Shown here: piece after piece, positions 9,257-17,764 of the stretch
Layout of the letters: each line of letters opens with the position of its first letter
How positions within the stretch are numbered: position 1 is the first letter of the stretch
Origin: a phage
Length of the DNA stretch: 35,984 bases
Reading direction: 5' to 3' (one strand)
Sequence record: PX516787.1
Made by a program: the position numbers and the translations under genes
Notes under the pieces: model-generated
Seen by the model: the letters and a program-made list of their open reading frames with translations, nothing else
Databases searched by the model: none
Told to the model about the DNA's origin: nothing

Positions 9257-10572
9257 TGACTTCCAAGAAGAAAAACAATCTTTCTGTTAAAGTTGCAGAT
9301 GGGTTAGAAAACCTTGTAACGGGGTTGGGCGGTCAGGCAGATAAGTCCACTTTTAACCAGTGGACTTTCTCAAACAAGAACGCGAACTATCGCGAACTTA
9401 TGAACCGCTTCCGTGAGGATTGGGTTGCACAGAAAGTGTGCACCGTCATTCCTCAAGACATGACGCGCAAGTGGCGACATATTGATAGTGAAGAAGGACG
9501 CAAAGCGGATAAGAAACTTCGTATTCGTAAGCTGTTCCGTGAGGCATATCAATGGGCCAGATTGTATGGTACTTCATTTGTTCTGCTCGACCTGAAAGGT
9601 ACGGGCAAACTTGATACACCATTGCGACTGGATAACTTGAAGACTGGATGTATTAAATCCATGAGAGTTATTGACCGCTCACGCTTATTTGCCGCAGGGA
9701 CTATGGTTCTGGACCCTTTGAGTCCTCACTATGGTTTGCCAGAGTATTATACTTTGGCTGGGTATCCCGGCTATATCCACTACACTCGTTTCCTTCGGTT
9801 CGAGGGTACTGAACTACCGCTGTTCGAATTCCAACGCAACATGTGGTATTCCGATTCGGTACTTATTCCACTGCTGAAAACGATTGACCAATTCTACACA
9901 ACTGCTGCCGCTGCCGCCAGCCTCGCCCAAGAAGCCACCATTGATGTGGTAACTGTCGAAGGCTTACAATCTTTGCTTACATCACCGGAAGGTGAAGCTG
10001 CTGTGATGAAGCGCTTCAAACTTATGAAGCTGGCAAAGAGTATTTATAATGTCTTAATTCTCGACAATACTGAGAAGTATGACACCAAGTCAATTGCACT
10101 ATCTGGTGTGAAAGACTTGATTTGGGAATACTTGAAGATAGTTGCTGCCGCAGTTGGTATTCCGGCTACACGTTTCCTTTCTGCATCTCCAGACGGTATG
10201 AATGCTACGGGCGAATCTGACCTCGTAAACTATATCGACTTGTTGACAGGCTTGCAGACTTCTGTGTTCGACCCTCGTTTAGATGTGGTAGACAAGATTG
10301 TCCAAGCGCACTTTGGCATTGAAGAGTATAGCTACGAATGGCTAGACATCTTCCCTGAATCCAACGTTGAGAAAGCGAAGCGAGCTAAAGATTTGGCATT
10401 TGCTGTTGACCTGCTGGTTAACAACGGTACTATTACTACCGAAGTTGCAAACGAAGTCATGTTCCATTCGGGCGTGTTCGGAACTTGTGACCTTGGCAAG
10501 CCAAATCCTAATCCTCCTAACATCCAAAAGGGTAACGCAAGTGAAGCAAAGCCAAAACCTGGTTCAGCTTAA
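9256..10572 (+). CDS. putative portal protein
   Basis: 438 aa, immediately downstream of the large terminase and upstream of the scaffold and capsid genes. AAGGA 7 nt upstream of the ATG. Call is by position and size. Confidence 0.55.
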   Translation: MTSKKKNNLSVKVADGLENLVTGLGGQADKSTFNQWTFSNKNANYRELMNRFREDWVAQKVCTVIPQDMTRKWRHIDSEEGRKADKKLRIRKLFREAYQWARLYGTSFVLLDLKGTGKLDTPLRLDNLKTGCIKSMRVIDRSRLFAAGTMVLDPLSPHYGLPEYYTLAGYPGYIHYTRFLRFEGTELPLFEFQRNMWYSDSVLIPLLKTIDQFYTTAAAAASLAQEATIDVVTVEGLQSLLTSPEGEAAVMKRFKLMKLAKSIYNVLILDNTEKYDTKSIALSGVKDLIWEYLKIVAAAVGIPATRFLSASPDGMNATGESDLVNYIDLLTGLQTSVFDPRLDVVDKIVQAHFGIEEYSYEWLDIFPESNVEKAKRAKDLAFAVDLLVNNGTITTEVANEVMFHSGVFGTCDLGKPNPNPPNIQKGNASEAKPKPGSA

Positions 10573-11605
10573 CGACGAAGATACCGTGAATGAAGTAGTT
10601 TTGTTGAACGACAAGGCTACTTTGACGACCCGTCGTTTACGTGACTCTGGCGAAATGATTGCAGAATGCACCATCGCTCGTACTGGCATCATGCTGTATA
10701 AAGCAAAAGAACTTGGTGAAATCGCAAAACATCTGGACCCAGAATCTATTTGCCGTGTTCGTACCAAGCCGGAAGTATTATTTGACGAAGCAACCATTGA
10801 AGGTTGTCGCTCAATTCCGGTTACTATCGGCCATCCGAAAAATGATGTTAACATCAAGAACAACAAAGAACTCCAGAAAGGGTTCATCGAAGGGCGTCCA
10901 GTTGCAGACGGTTCTTTCTTGGCTGCATCAATCGTTTTGAATGACGAGCAAGCTATTCGATTAGTTGATTCTGGTGTTGACCAAATCTCCTTGGGCCATA
11001 ATGCTGAACTGGCTGTATCAGAAGATGATGAAGCCGACTTCGATAAAGTTCGCATTATTCCTAATCATGCTGCAATTGTTGTTCGTGGTCGCGCTCAGAC
11101 TACGCGCATTGGCGACTCTGGCGAAGAGATTGCCATTGTTGATAAGGCAACCTTTGACGTTGTTGAAGCAGAGCGTGATGCAGCGCTTGACAAGATTAGT
11201 GTCCTTGAACAGAAACTTGCTGATGCAGAAACTGCACGACTATCCGATGAAGCTATTCAGGCTGAGGTAGACAAACGTGTAGTTGCTCGTACAGCATTGC
11301 TTGTTGATGTGGCCCGTCTTGGCGACGAGTTCTCCAACCTCGATTTCTCCGGCAAGACCGATGCAGAAATTAAGTTGGCTGTAGTTAATAAATTGCATGA
11401 CAAGGATTTCAGCGATAAGAGCGAAGACTATATCTCCGCCCGTTTCGATGCAGCTCTTGAAGATTGCGATTCCATTACTTTGGGAGATGCCCTGAATCAG
11501 TCTATGCAATTCTCTGCTAAGAAAGATTCAGAAGCTCGTAAACCTAAAGTTTCTATTTCCGAAGAAGCTAACAAACGTCGTTTAGAACGCTTCAACTCTT
11601 TATAA
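10541..11605 (+). CDS. putative prohead protease / scaffolding protein
   Basis: Lies between the portal and capsid genes. The C-terminal half is acidic and helical (AERDAALDKISVLEQKLADAETARL...), as expected for a scaffold. The listed ATG at 10367 overlaps the portal by about 200 nt; in-frame GTG 10541, GTG 10586 or ATG 10655 are more likely. Start is uncertain. Confidence 0.45.
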   Translation: MKQSQNLVQLNDEDTVNEVVLLNDKATLTTRRLRDSGEMIAECTIARTGIMLYKAKELGEIAKHLDPESICRVRTKPEVLFDEATIEGCRSIPVTIGHPKNDVNIKNNKELQKGFIEGRPVADGSFLAASIVLNDEQAIRLVDSGVDQISLGHNAELAVSEDDEADFDKVRIIPNHAAIVVRGRAQTTRIGDSGEEIAIVDKATFDVVEAERDAALDKISVLEQKLADAETARLSDEAIQAEVDKRVVARTALLVDVARLGDEFSNLDFSGKTDAEIKLAVVNKLHDKDFSDKSEDYISARFDAALEDCDSITLGDALNQSMQFSAKKDSEARKPKVSISEEANKRRLERFNSL

Positions 11606-11614
11606 GGTAAGACA

Positions 11615-12088
11615 ATGCCAAAGCAAGATTGGTCTATTAATACTGGTGAAGCATATGCAGGTGAACAATATGGCCTGGCTACCACCAACTCCCAGCGCCT
11701 GACCTACGTTGCCGAAGAAGAAATGGCAAACTTTGGTCTGGCTGTTGTTCAAGGCACAGCTTCTAATCAGGTTAAACCTGGTATTGGGGAAGACGGCACT
11801 GTTCTGGGCATTACTATGCGCCAGATTAACATCGAATCTGCTACTCGTCCTGGCGACGGCACTGTTGCAATTAAAGTTGGCTGGCCTCTGGGTGTTATGC
11901 TGTCTGGCCCAATCATGGTCAAACTGAAAACTGCAATCACCGACAAGAACATTGGTGTATCCACTAAAGGCGAATTTGGTGGTGTTGGTGCTGGGTATAC
12001 TAAAGCAACCAACCTGACTGCCCTGCGTTATCCGGCTTCCGCTGGCGATGTTGTCCCGGTCATGATTAACGTAGTCCCAAAGCCGTAA
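11615..12088 (+). CDS. putative capsid decoration / accessory head protein (short, zero-frame product)
   Basis: 157-aa ORF directly upstream of the major capsid gene, the position lambda gpD occupies. TAAGGTAAG SD-like motif upstream. Ends at TAA 12086-12088. Confidence 0.5.
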   Translation: MPKQDWSINTGEAYAGEQYGLATTNSQRLTYVAEEEMANFGLAVVQGTASNQVKPGIGEDGTVLGITMRQINIESATRPGDGTVAIKVGWPLGVMLSGPIMVKLKTAITDKNIGVSTKGEFGGVGAGYTKATNLTALRYPASAGDVVPVMINVVPKP

Positions 12089-12381
12089 CGCCACCCCCAG
12101 CCCCTACAGTATCTGCTGTAGCTGGAGTTGTAACGGTTGATGCGTCTTCTACTGATGCCACTGTAACTGTAGACAAGCTGTTCAAGTTTGAGAACTCTAC
12201 AGCAACAGATTATAACTTCGCTGTTACACCTCCTGTGACTGGTGTTTCTGTGGCGGCAAACGGCACTGTGACTGTCTTGAATGAGACGACCACAGAGACT
12301 TCTGCTACAATTAAGGCAACAAACAAAACAACCTCTAGCGTAACTGCGACCAAAGAAATTACCATTACGCCGAAGGCTTAA
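11615..12381 (+). CDS. -1 frameshift extension of the decoration-like protein carrying a C-terminal Ig-like (BIG2-like) domain
   Basis: The -1 frame is open from 12070 to the TAA at 12379-12381 and has no start codon of its own. The heptamer C_CCA_AAG (12076-12082) sits in the zero frame just before the stop. The extension translates to AVTPPPAPTVSAVAGVVTVDASSTDATVTVDKLFKFENSTATDYNFAVTPPVTGVSVAANGTVTVLNETTTETSATIKATNKTTSSVTATKEITITPKA, a T/V-rich beta-strand pattern typical of bacterial Ig-like domains. Confidence 0.5.
12076..12082 (+). promoter_or_regulatory. -1 programmed ribosomal frameshift slippery heptamer C_CCA_AAG
   Basis: X_XXY_YYZ pattern in the zero frame, 4 nt before the stop, with a 99-codon open -1 frame downstream. 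Confidence 0.5.
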
Positions 12382-12436
12382 GTTGCAATGGCGCAATTAA
12401 TGGTTGCGCCTCATCAAACAAAACGGATTAATTTAC

Positions 12437-13444
12437 ATGCCTAAGATGATTAAACTGGCGGACGGTTCTGAATTTGAACTGAACGACGCTATCACCCGTA
12501 TTCAGGATTCTGGCACTGTTGTCCTGAATGACGACGATGCAGTATTCTTTCAACGCCAGCTTGAGTTCATTGAAGCTCAAACTTATGACACCCTGTATCC
12601 AGAACTGGAAGCGCGTGCTGCTTTCGGTGTGGACACCACTGGTGGCGCTGGCGTAAACACTCTGACCTACCGTTCCTACAACCATGTAGGTAAAGCTCAG
12701 GTAATTAACGCCCGTGCAACCGACCTGCCGAAGTCCAGCATTTCTGGTAAAGAATACAGCATCCCTGTTAAATCAGTTGGTACTGCATTCGACTACGATA
12801 TTGACGAAGTAGCGTCTGCTGCTGTTACTGGCCTCCCGCTGGAAACTCGTAAAGCGAATGCTGCTATTCGTGGTTACGAGCAGTATGTTAACTCTGCTGC
12901 ATGGTACGGCGATAAAGCTAACGGCTTTGTTGGCTTCTTCGAAAACCCAGACATTACCAAAGCAACTGTTGCTCAGGGTGCTGGTGGTTCTACCAAGTGG
13001 GCCGAGAAGACTCCGACCGAAGTTATTGCCGACCTGACTGCTGCTGTGTCTGCAATGTATGCTTCTACTCTGAAAATTATGCGCCCAGATGAAATCTGGA
13101 TGCCTGTTGAGCATGAGCAGTACATCTTCAACACTGCACGTTCTGAACAGTCTGATAAGACGATTGGTCAGTTCTTCATTGACAACAACCAGTTCATCAA
13201 CTCCCGCGATAAAATCAAGGGTCTGAACGCAATCAAAGGTCACGGCGATTCTGGCTCCGATTGCTTCGTTGTTGTTTGCCGCAATGCAATGGGCAACCGT
13301 ACTTTCCGTCTGCGTGAGCCTCTGCCACTGACCTGGCAACCGGTACAGCTTCATGGTCTGGTTTATGAAGTTCCTGGCCGTGGTCGTTTCGCTGGCTTCC
13401 AAGCGATGTATCCGGCAGCAATCTCCATCAACTCCGGCATCTGA
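12437..13444 (+). CDS. major capsid protein
   Basis: About 335 aa, the size and position expected of an HK97-fold capsid protein, in the head module. The listed ORF starts at TTG 12404; ATG 12437 (MPKMIKLADG...) is preferred. Confidence 0.75.
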   Translation: MPKMIKLADGSEFELNDAITRIQDSGTVVLNDDDAVFFQRQLEFIEAQTYDTLYPELEARAAFGVDTTGGAGVNTLTYRSYNHVGKAQVINARATDLPKSSISGKEYSIPVKSVGTAFDYDIDEVASAAVTGLPLETRKANAAIRGYEQYVNSAAWYGDKANGFVGFFENPDITKATVAQGAGGSTKWAEKTPTEVIADLTAAVSAMYASTLKIMRPDEIWMPVEHEQYIFNTARSEQSDKTIGQFFIDNNQFINSRDKIKGLNAIKGHGDSGSDCFVVVCRNAMGNRTFRLREPLPLTWQPVQLHGLVYEVPGRGRFAGFQAMYPAAISINSGI

Positions 13445-13450
13445 TAAATA

Positions 13451-13470
13451 GGGCGGGACTGTTCTCGCCC
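13451..13470 (+). terminator. hairpin downstream of the capsid gene (GGGCGGGA-CTGT-TCTCGCCC)
   Basis: 8-bp stem including one G-T wobble, 7 nt after the capsid stop. No clear T-tract follows, so it may be a processing or stability element rather than a terminator. Confidence 0.35.
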
Positions 13471-13490
13471 ATAACTTAAGAGAAATAGTA

Positions 13491-13931
13491 ATGCAGATTA
13501 AGAACAACGAATCACGCAACCTTCAATTCTTCTTCTATAAGAAGGGAAAGTCTGGCAAATCTGAGCTGGACTTTGTTCACATTCCTGGTGGCGCAACTGT
13601 AGAAATCGATGACGAAATCTACAAATCTCTTACGGCATCTCTGACGGAAGTTGAAGAACTGCGCGAAGAAGTGGTTCCGCTTGATGACGAGAATATCGGT
13701 GCTTCTGTTAATACTGGTAAAGAAGCTCTTGTCATTAAAGAGTATTACAGCACTGGCAAAACTCGCAAAGTCAACCTGGTTAAAGAAGCAATCAAAGCTG
13801 GTTCTCTTACCATTGTTGAACGTGTGAAAGTTGGTATGCCTGACATTGATGCTATTCTGACTAAGAATGGTATTGATATCAAAGGTATGCCGGAAGACGT
13901 TAAACTGGCACTCTACGATAAGTTGGCGTAA
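13491..13931 (+). CDS. hypothetical head-associated protein
   Basis: 146-aa acidic ORF immediately after the capsid gene. Positional call only. Confidence 0.4.
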   Translation: MQIKNNESRNLQFFFYKKGKSGKSELDFVHIPGGATVEIDDEIYKSLTASLTEVEELREEVVPLDDENIGASVNTGKEALVIKEYYSTGKTRKVNLVKEAIKAGSLTIVERVKVGMPDIDAILTKNGIDIKGMPEDVKLALYDKLA

Positions 13932-14321
13932 ATGATAACACTAACCGATTTGGTGAAACGTTATCCGGCTATGGCTGACATGACCCAAGCACGTTTTGAC
14001 ATTTTAGTTGAAGATGCAAAACTTGTGATGGGAACAATCGAATCGCGTTGGTGTGGGTTTTATGACCCAGCTATGGCATCACTTGTCGCGCACTGGTCTT
14101 CAACAATTGATGACTTAATGCCTGGTGATGCCGCAATGCCAGCTATGCCTGTAAGTCGTACTGATGTGGACGATGTGCAGGTAGAGTTCAGCGACCGAAT
14201 CATTTCGACTATCCCATATATCGAAGCTGATTTCATGTCAACCGTGTACGGTCAACGTTATTTACAATGGCGGCGTATGGCATTTGCTGGGCCGAGGGTA
14301 AGCCCTGGGTCACAGTTTTGA
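13932..14321 (+). CDS. hypothetical head-tail joining protein
   Basis: 129-aa ORF between the head and tail modules; start overlaps the previous stop (TAAATG). Confidence 0.4.
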   Translation: MITLTDLVKRYPAMADMTQARFDILVEDAKLVMGTIESRWCGFYDPAMASLVAHWSSTIDDLMPGDAAMPAMPVSRTDVDDVQVEFSDRIISTIPYIEADFMSTVYGQRYLQWRRMAFAGPRVSPGSQF

Positions 14322-14683
14322 TTAATCAACGCCTAGCTTTCAACAGGTACACGACCACGGGTCGTCCTACTCTTGCAGTATATGTAGAGGGTCACTACGA
14401 CAATCTTAATAATTGGGTGGAAGATTCTTGGGAACCTCCAAAGAAATTCCGCTGTACTCCTATTGCATATGGGGACAGGGATTCTGGCGTAGCTGGCCAA
14501 CAGCTTAAAGCAACGGATGTTGGTGAGCGTCAACCAGCATTCATGAAGATTCATAGTCGTACTGAGATGCCGATGAAATCAATCATCACTGTTTATGGCA
14601 TTCAGTATAAAGTTATAGCAATAAACGATTATGAAGATGCCGGATTCTTCTCTGTAATTGCTGCACGCGTACTGGAGAAGTGA
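14267..14683 (+). CDS. hypothetical head-tail joining / tail completion protein
   Basis: 138-aa ORF. The listed ATG overlaps the previous gene by 55 nt; an in-frame TTG at 14318 is an alternative. Start is uncertain. Confidence 0.4.
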   Translation: MAAYGICWAEGKPWVTVLINQRLAFNRYTTTGRPTLAVYVEGHYDNLNNWVEDSWEPPKKFRCTPIAYGDRDSGVAGQQLKATDVGERQPAFMKIHSRTEMPMKSIITVYGIQYKVIAINDYEDAGFFSVIAARVLEK

Positions 14684-15198
14684 TGGATATTCGACTCGAA
14701 GAACTACAATCCATGAAGGAGATTGTAGATGTGTGTGTAGGTATTCCGAAGTTTACCTACAACATGCAAATTAATGCTCCCAGACCTCATGGCGAGTATG
14801 CCGCAATCAAATGTCTATCAAGCACCAATCCGGGCTTTGACGAAAACAGAATAGTAACCATTAACGGTGAAGAGATGTTTCGTACCCGTGGCGTGCGCAT
14901 CCTGACGTTTGCAATAATGTTTTCTCGTGAGGGTGATGAATTTATCAAGTTTGATAATTCGTTTTACCGTCCCGATGTTCAAGCCAAATTGAAGCAGGAG
15001 AGGTTTGCTGCTCTTGGTAAAGAACCTTTAAATCTTGCCACCATACAAATGGAAACCAATTGGGAAGTTCGCCAAGCGGTTAAAATGCAATTCAATATTA
15101 TACGTGAAGATTTGAGTCCTATTGGGGTCATGTCTGGCGCATATGTTGGTGGCAACTTCTATGATGGTAATTCACTCATCACAACCAAAAAGGTTTAA
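14680..15198 (+). CDS. hypothetical neck / tail terminator protein
   Basis: 172-aa ORF with a GTGATG stop-start overlap, directly upstream of the sheath gene. Confidence 0.4.
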   Translation: MMDIRLEELQSMKEIVDVCVGIPKFTYNMQINAPRPHGEYAAIKCLSSTNPGFDENRIVTINGEEMFRTRGVRILTFAIMFSREGDEFIKFDNSFYRPDVQAKLKQERFAALGKEPLNLATIQMETNWEVRQAVKMQFNIIREDLSPIGVMSGAYVGGNFYDGNSLITTKKV

Positions 15199-15200
15199 TA

Positions 15201-16649
15201 ATGTCAATCCCAATTTCTGACTTAGTTCAGGTTGATATCGCAATCTCCCCGAACGCCATTGCGACTGATGGTTTTGGGCCATTGCTCTTCATGAGCAAAG
15301 AGTTTGTACCATCTGTTGATATATATCCAGTTCGTTCTTACACCAGTTTGAAAGAAGTTCTGGCAGATTTCCCTGGTGGCGAGATTGCCAAAGCTGCTAC
15401 TACTTGGTACTCGCAGAAACCGACTCCGAAGACTTTCCTGGTCGGCGCTATCAAGAATGATACAATGACTCCGGCAACTCCTGCCACTGTTACTGCTGCA
15501 TCTGCTGGCGTACTGTCAACGATTAAGCTGGAAACTGCTGCAACCCTACAGTTGAGTGTTAGTGGTGTTCAGTATGTCACTGACCCGATTAACTTCTCCT
15601 CTGCTGGAGACTTTGAAGAAGTTGCAACCCTGGTAACTACTGCACTGTCTTCTGTTGGTGCTGGTGTAACTGTTACTCAAGATGCTGGCAAGTTTAAGCT
15701 GACTACCTCTGCAACTGGCGCTAACGCAACTATCAGCAACGTTGGTGGTAAAGTTGGGGAAGTGTTGAAGCTGCAATCTTCCGACAATGCAGTCACTGTT
15801 GATGGCAAGAACGAGTTGTCTATTTCCTCCGACCTGGCTGCCATTGCGGATGCTCCATTTAACTTCTTCTATGTGGGCCTTGACCGCAAGTATCGTGGCA
15901 AGTCTACTCCGGTAGACAACCAAATGTCTGTGGCGAAGTGGTGCGAAGCATCCAGCAAAGTATTTGGCTGGGGCGACAGCGACAAGAATATTCTTATCAA
16001 CGGCACTAACAACAGCTTCCGCCGTGCTAAGAACCAGAACCTGCGTAACACTTTGTGTGTTTACGATGCCTCTACAAATGGTGACGAATATCCGGAAATT
16101 TCTATTCTGGGTCGTGCATCAACTGTCAACTTTAATGTTGCAAACTCTGTCCTCACTCTGGCGTATAAGAAAGGTCCAGGTGTTGCCACTGCTGACTTAT
16201 CTTCTGGTCAGTTGAGCGCACTACTTTCTTGTGGTGGTAACGCATTCATCTCCGTTGCTGGCAACGTAATGTTCTACAACGGTCGCATGGCTGACGGTAC
16301 GTGGTTCGACTCTGTACAAGGTGTTGAATGGCTTACCCAGAAAGTTCGACTGAATGTGTTCAACTTGTTCTACACCTCCAATACCAAGATTCCTTGGACG
16401 GACACTGGTGTAGCGATGGTTAACCAGCAAGTAACCCTGGCGCTCGAACTCGCCAAGACTAACGGCCTCATTGCCCCTGGCTACGATAATGAAGGCGTCT
16501 TCTATCCAGAAGGCTACAAAGTTATCTCCACTCCGTTAGAACTCTTGCAGTCGCAGAAGGGCGAACGTATTTGGGAAGGTACTTCCTTTATTGCTATCGG
16601 TTCCGGTGCAATCCAGGGTGCTGTAATCTCTGGCAACTTCATTCAGTAA
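15201..16649 (+). CDS. tail sheath protein
   Basis: 482 aa, immediately upstream of the tube, chaperone and tape-measure genes, which is the canonical contractile-tail order. Confidence 0.6.
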   Translation: MSIPISDLVQVDIAISPNAIATDGFGPLLFMSKEFVPSVDIYPVRSYTSLKEVLADFPGGEIAKAATTWYSQKPTPKTFLVGAIKNDTMTPATPATVTAASAGVLSTIKLETAATLQLSVSGVQYVTDPINFSSAGDFEEVATLVTTALSSVGAGVTVTQDAGKFKLTTSATGANATISNVGGKVGEVLKLQSSDNAVTVDGKNELSISSDLAAIADAPFNFFYVGLDRKYRGKSTPVDNQMSVAKWCEASSKVFGWGDSDKNILINGTNNSFRRAKNQNLRNTLCVYDASTNGDEYPEISILGRASTVNFNVANSVLTLAYKKGPGVATADLSSGQLSALLSCGGNAFISVAGNVMFYNGRMADGTWFDSVQGVEWLTQKVRLNVFNLFYTSNTKIPWTDTGVAMVNQQVTLALELAKTNGLIAPGYDNEGVFYPEGYKVISTPLELLQSQKGERIWEGTSFIAIGSGAIQGAVISGNFIQ

Positions 16650-16658
16650 GGGTGAACA

Positions 16659-17114
16659 GTGAAGCAATATTCGTTTTATAATACAGACCTCCTGATTGAC
16701 GGTGCTCGTGTAGACGGTTTTCAGGCAGGGCAATCTGTAATTACGGCACGCTACAACGTGCCACAACATGTTCCTGTAATGGATGCTTACGGCAAACTTG
16801 CTGTAGCAACTACGGCTGACCAGTCTGGGGTAATTACTTTCCCCCTGCTGCAAACTGCTGACTGGAACGAAATTCTGTATCAACGTGCACAGCTTACTCG
16901 TGCAACTGGTTTGTCTGGTAACAAATCCCTGTGGGAACCTTTGCAGATTCAGTTGGTAGATAAGATGGGTGACGTTCTGGTTAACGGTGTTAACGGTGCA
17001 ATCCTGCAACAGCCTGCCATTGTTCGTGGTGTAACCTTTACATCCAACATGTGGGCTATCTTTGTAGAGCGCCTCACCATCGTAACTGGTCAGTATCCAG
17101 AAATCGGCGTATAA
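16659..17114 (+). CDS. tail tube protein
   Basis: 151 aa, between the sheath and chaperone genes. GTG start with AAGGG 7 nt upstream. Confidence 0.55.
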   Translation: MKQYSFYNTDLLIDGARVDGFQAGQSVITARYNVPQHVPVMDAYGKLAVATTADQSGVITFPLLQTADWNEILYQRAQLTRATGLSGNKSLWEPLQIQLVDKMGDVLVNGVNGAILQQPAIVRGVTFTSNMWAIFVERLTIVTGQYPEIGV

Positions 17115-17129
17115 CATTAAGGTAAGAGC

Positions 17130-17588
17130 ATGGCTTGTGAACTTCGTCAACGCGAGTTACAGGCCGACTCTGGTGATGTAGTCTTGGTTGGTACTCGTCA
17201 ATTGGGTGCCAGCCAAGCTCTTGACCTTCAAGTCGAGCTTGTTCAGAAACTCGGAACTTCAATCTTCCCATTCGTTGAGAATAAATATAACTTTGCAGAC
17301 ATTATTTATTTAATGCAGCAAGGTGGGACGAGTAACGAAGTAACAGAATTAATTAAACGTGTAGTGTGCATGGCAACCATTGATGGTGTCGAAGTTACTC
17401 CACGCACTATGCAAATGAAATACAACGGCAACTTGATGCTTATGCACCATGTGTTTGCATTTGTTTTGGAATCGAACTTCCTTGATTTTTTCAAGCAAGG
17501 GCTCGAACTCAACGAACGCAGACGATTGGAGGCGGTGGAAGCATCCAAGATGGCCGAGCAGAAGAATTCGAGTCCGGAAACGATTTAA
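17130..17588 (+). CDS. tail assembly chaperone (short, zero-frame product)
   Basis: 152 aa, directly upstream of the tape-measure-position gene, and contains a slippery heptamer. Confidence 0.6.
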   Translation: MACELRQRELQADSGDVVLVGTRQLGASQALDLQVELVQKLGTSIFPFVENKYNFADIIYLMQQGGTSNEVTELIKRVVCMATIDGVEVTPRTMQMKYNGNLMLMHHVFAFVLESNFLDFFKQGLELNERRRLEAVEASKMAEQKNSSPETI

Positions 17589-17764
17589 CTGAAAAGTTCC
17601 CGGAAATAAAATACTTCTTGCACCGTCCTGTAATAGAGGACAGTTCACTCTGTTCTCTTAAAGAGTTACAAGATGGGACCTACTCTATTATGGATTTGTT
17701 GACCTTCCACGCAATACTTGATTTGCGTAACGAATTAAAACCTAAAGAAGAAGACAATGGCTAA
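17130..17764 (+). CDS. tail assembly chaperone, -1 frameshift long form (lambda G-T / P2 E+E' analogue)
   Basis: The -1 frame is open from 17486 to the TAA at 17762-17764 and spans the entire apparent 170-nt gap before the next gene. The heptamer T_TTT_TTC sits at 17486-17492 in the zero frame. Confidence 0.6.
17486..17492 (+). promoter_or_regulatory. -1 programmed ribosomal frameshift slippery heptamer T_TTT_TTC
   Basis: Classic X_XXY_YYZ site; the -1 frame has a stop at 17483-17485 and is then open for 93 codons. Confidence 0.6.

Noticed and set aside
10367-10540. Listed ATG start of the scaffold/protease ORF at 10367
   Set aside because: It would overlap the portal gene by about 200 nt. 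In-frame GTG or ATG codons just past the portal stop are more consistent with the compact organisation, though the exact start remains unresolved.
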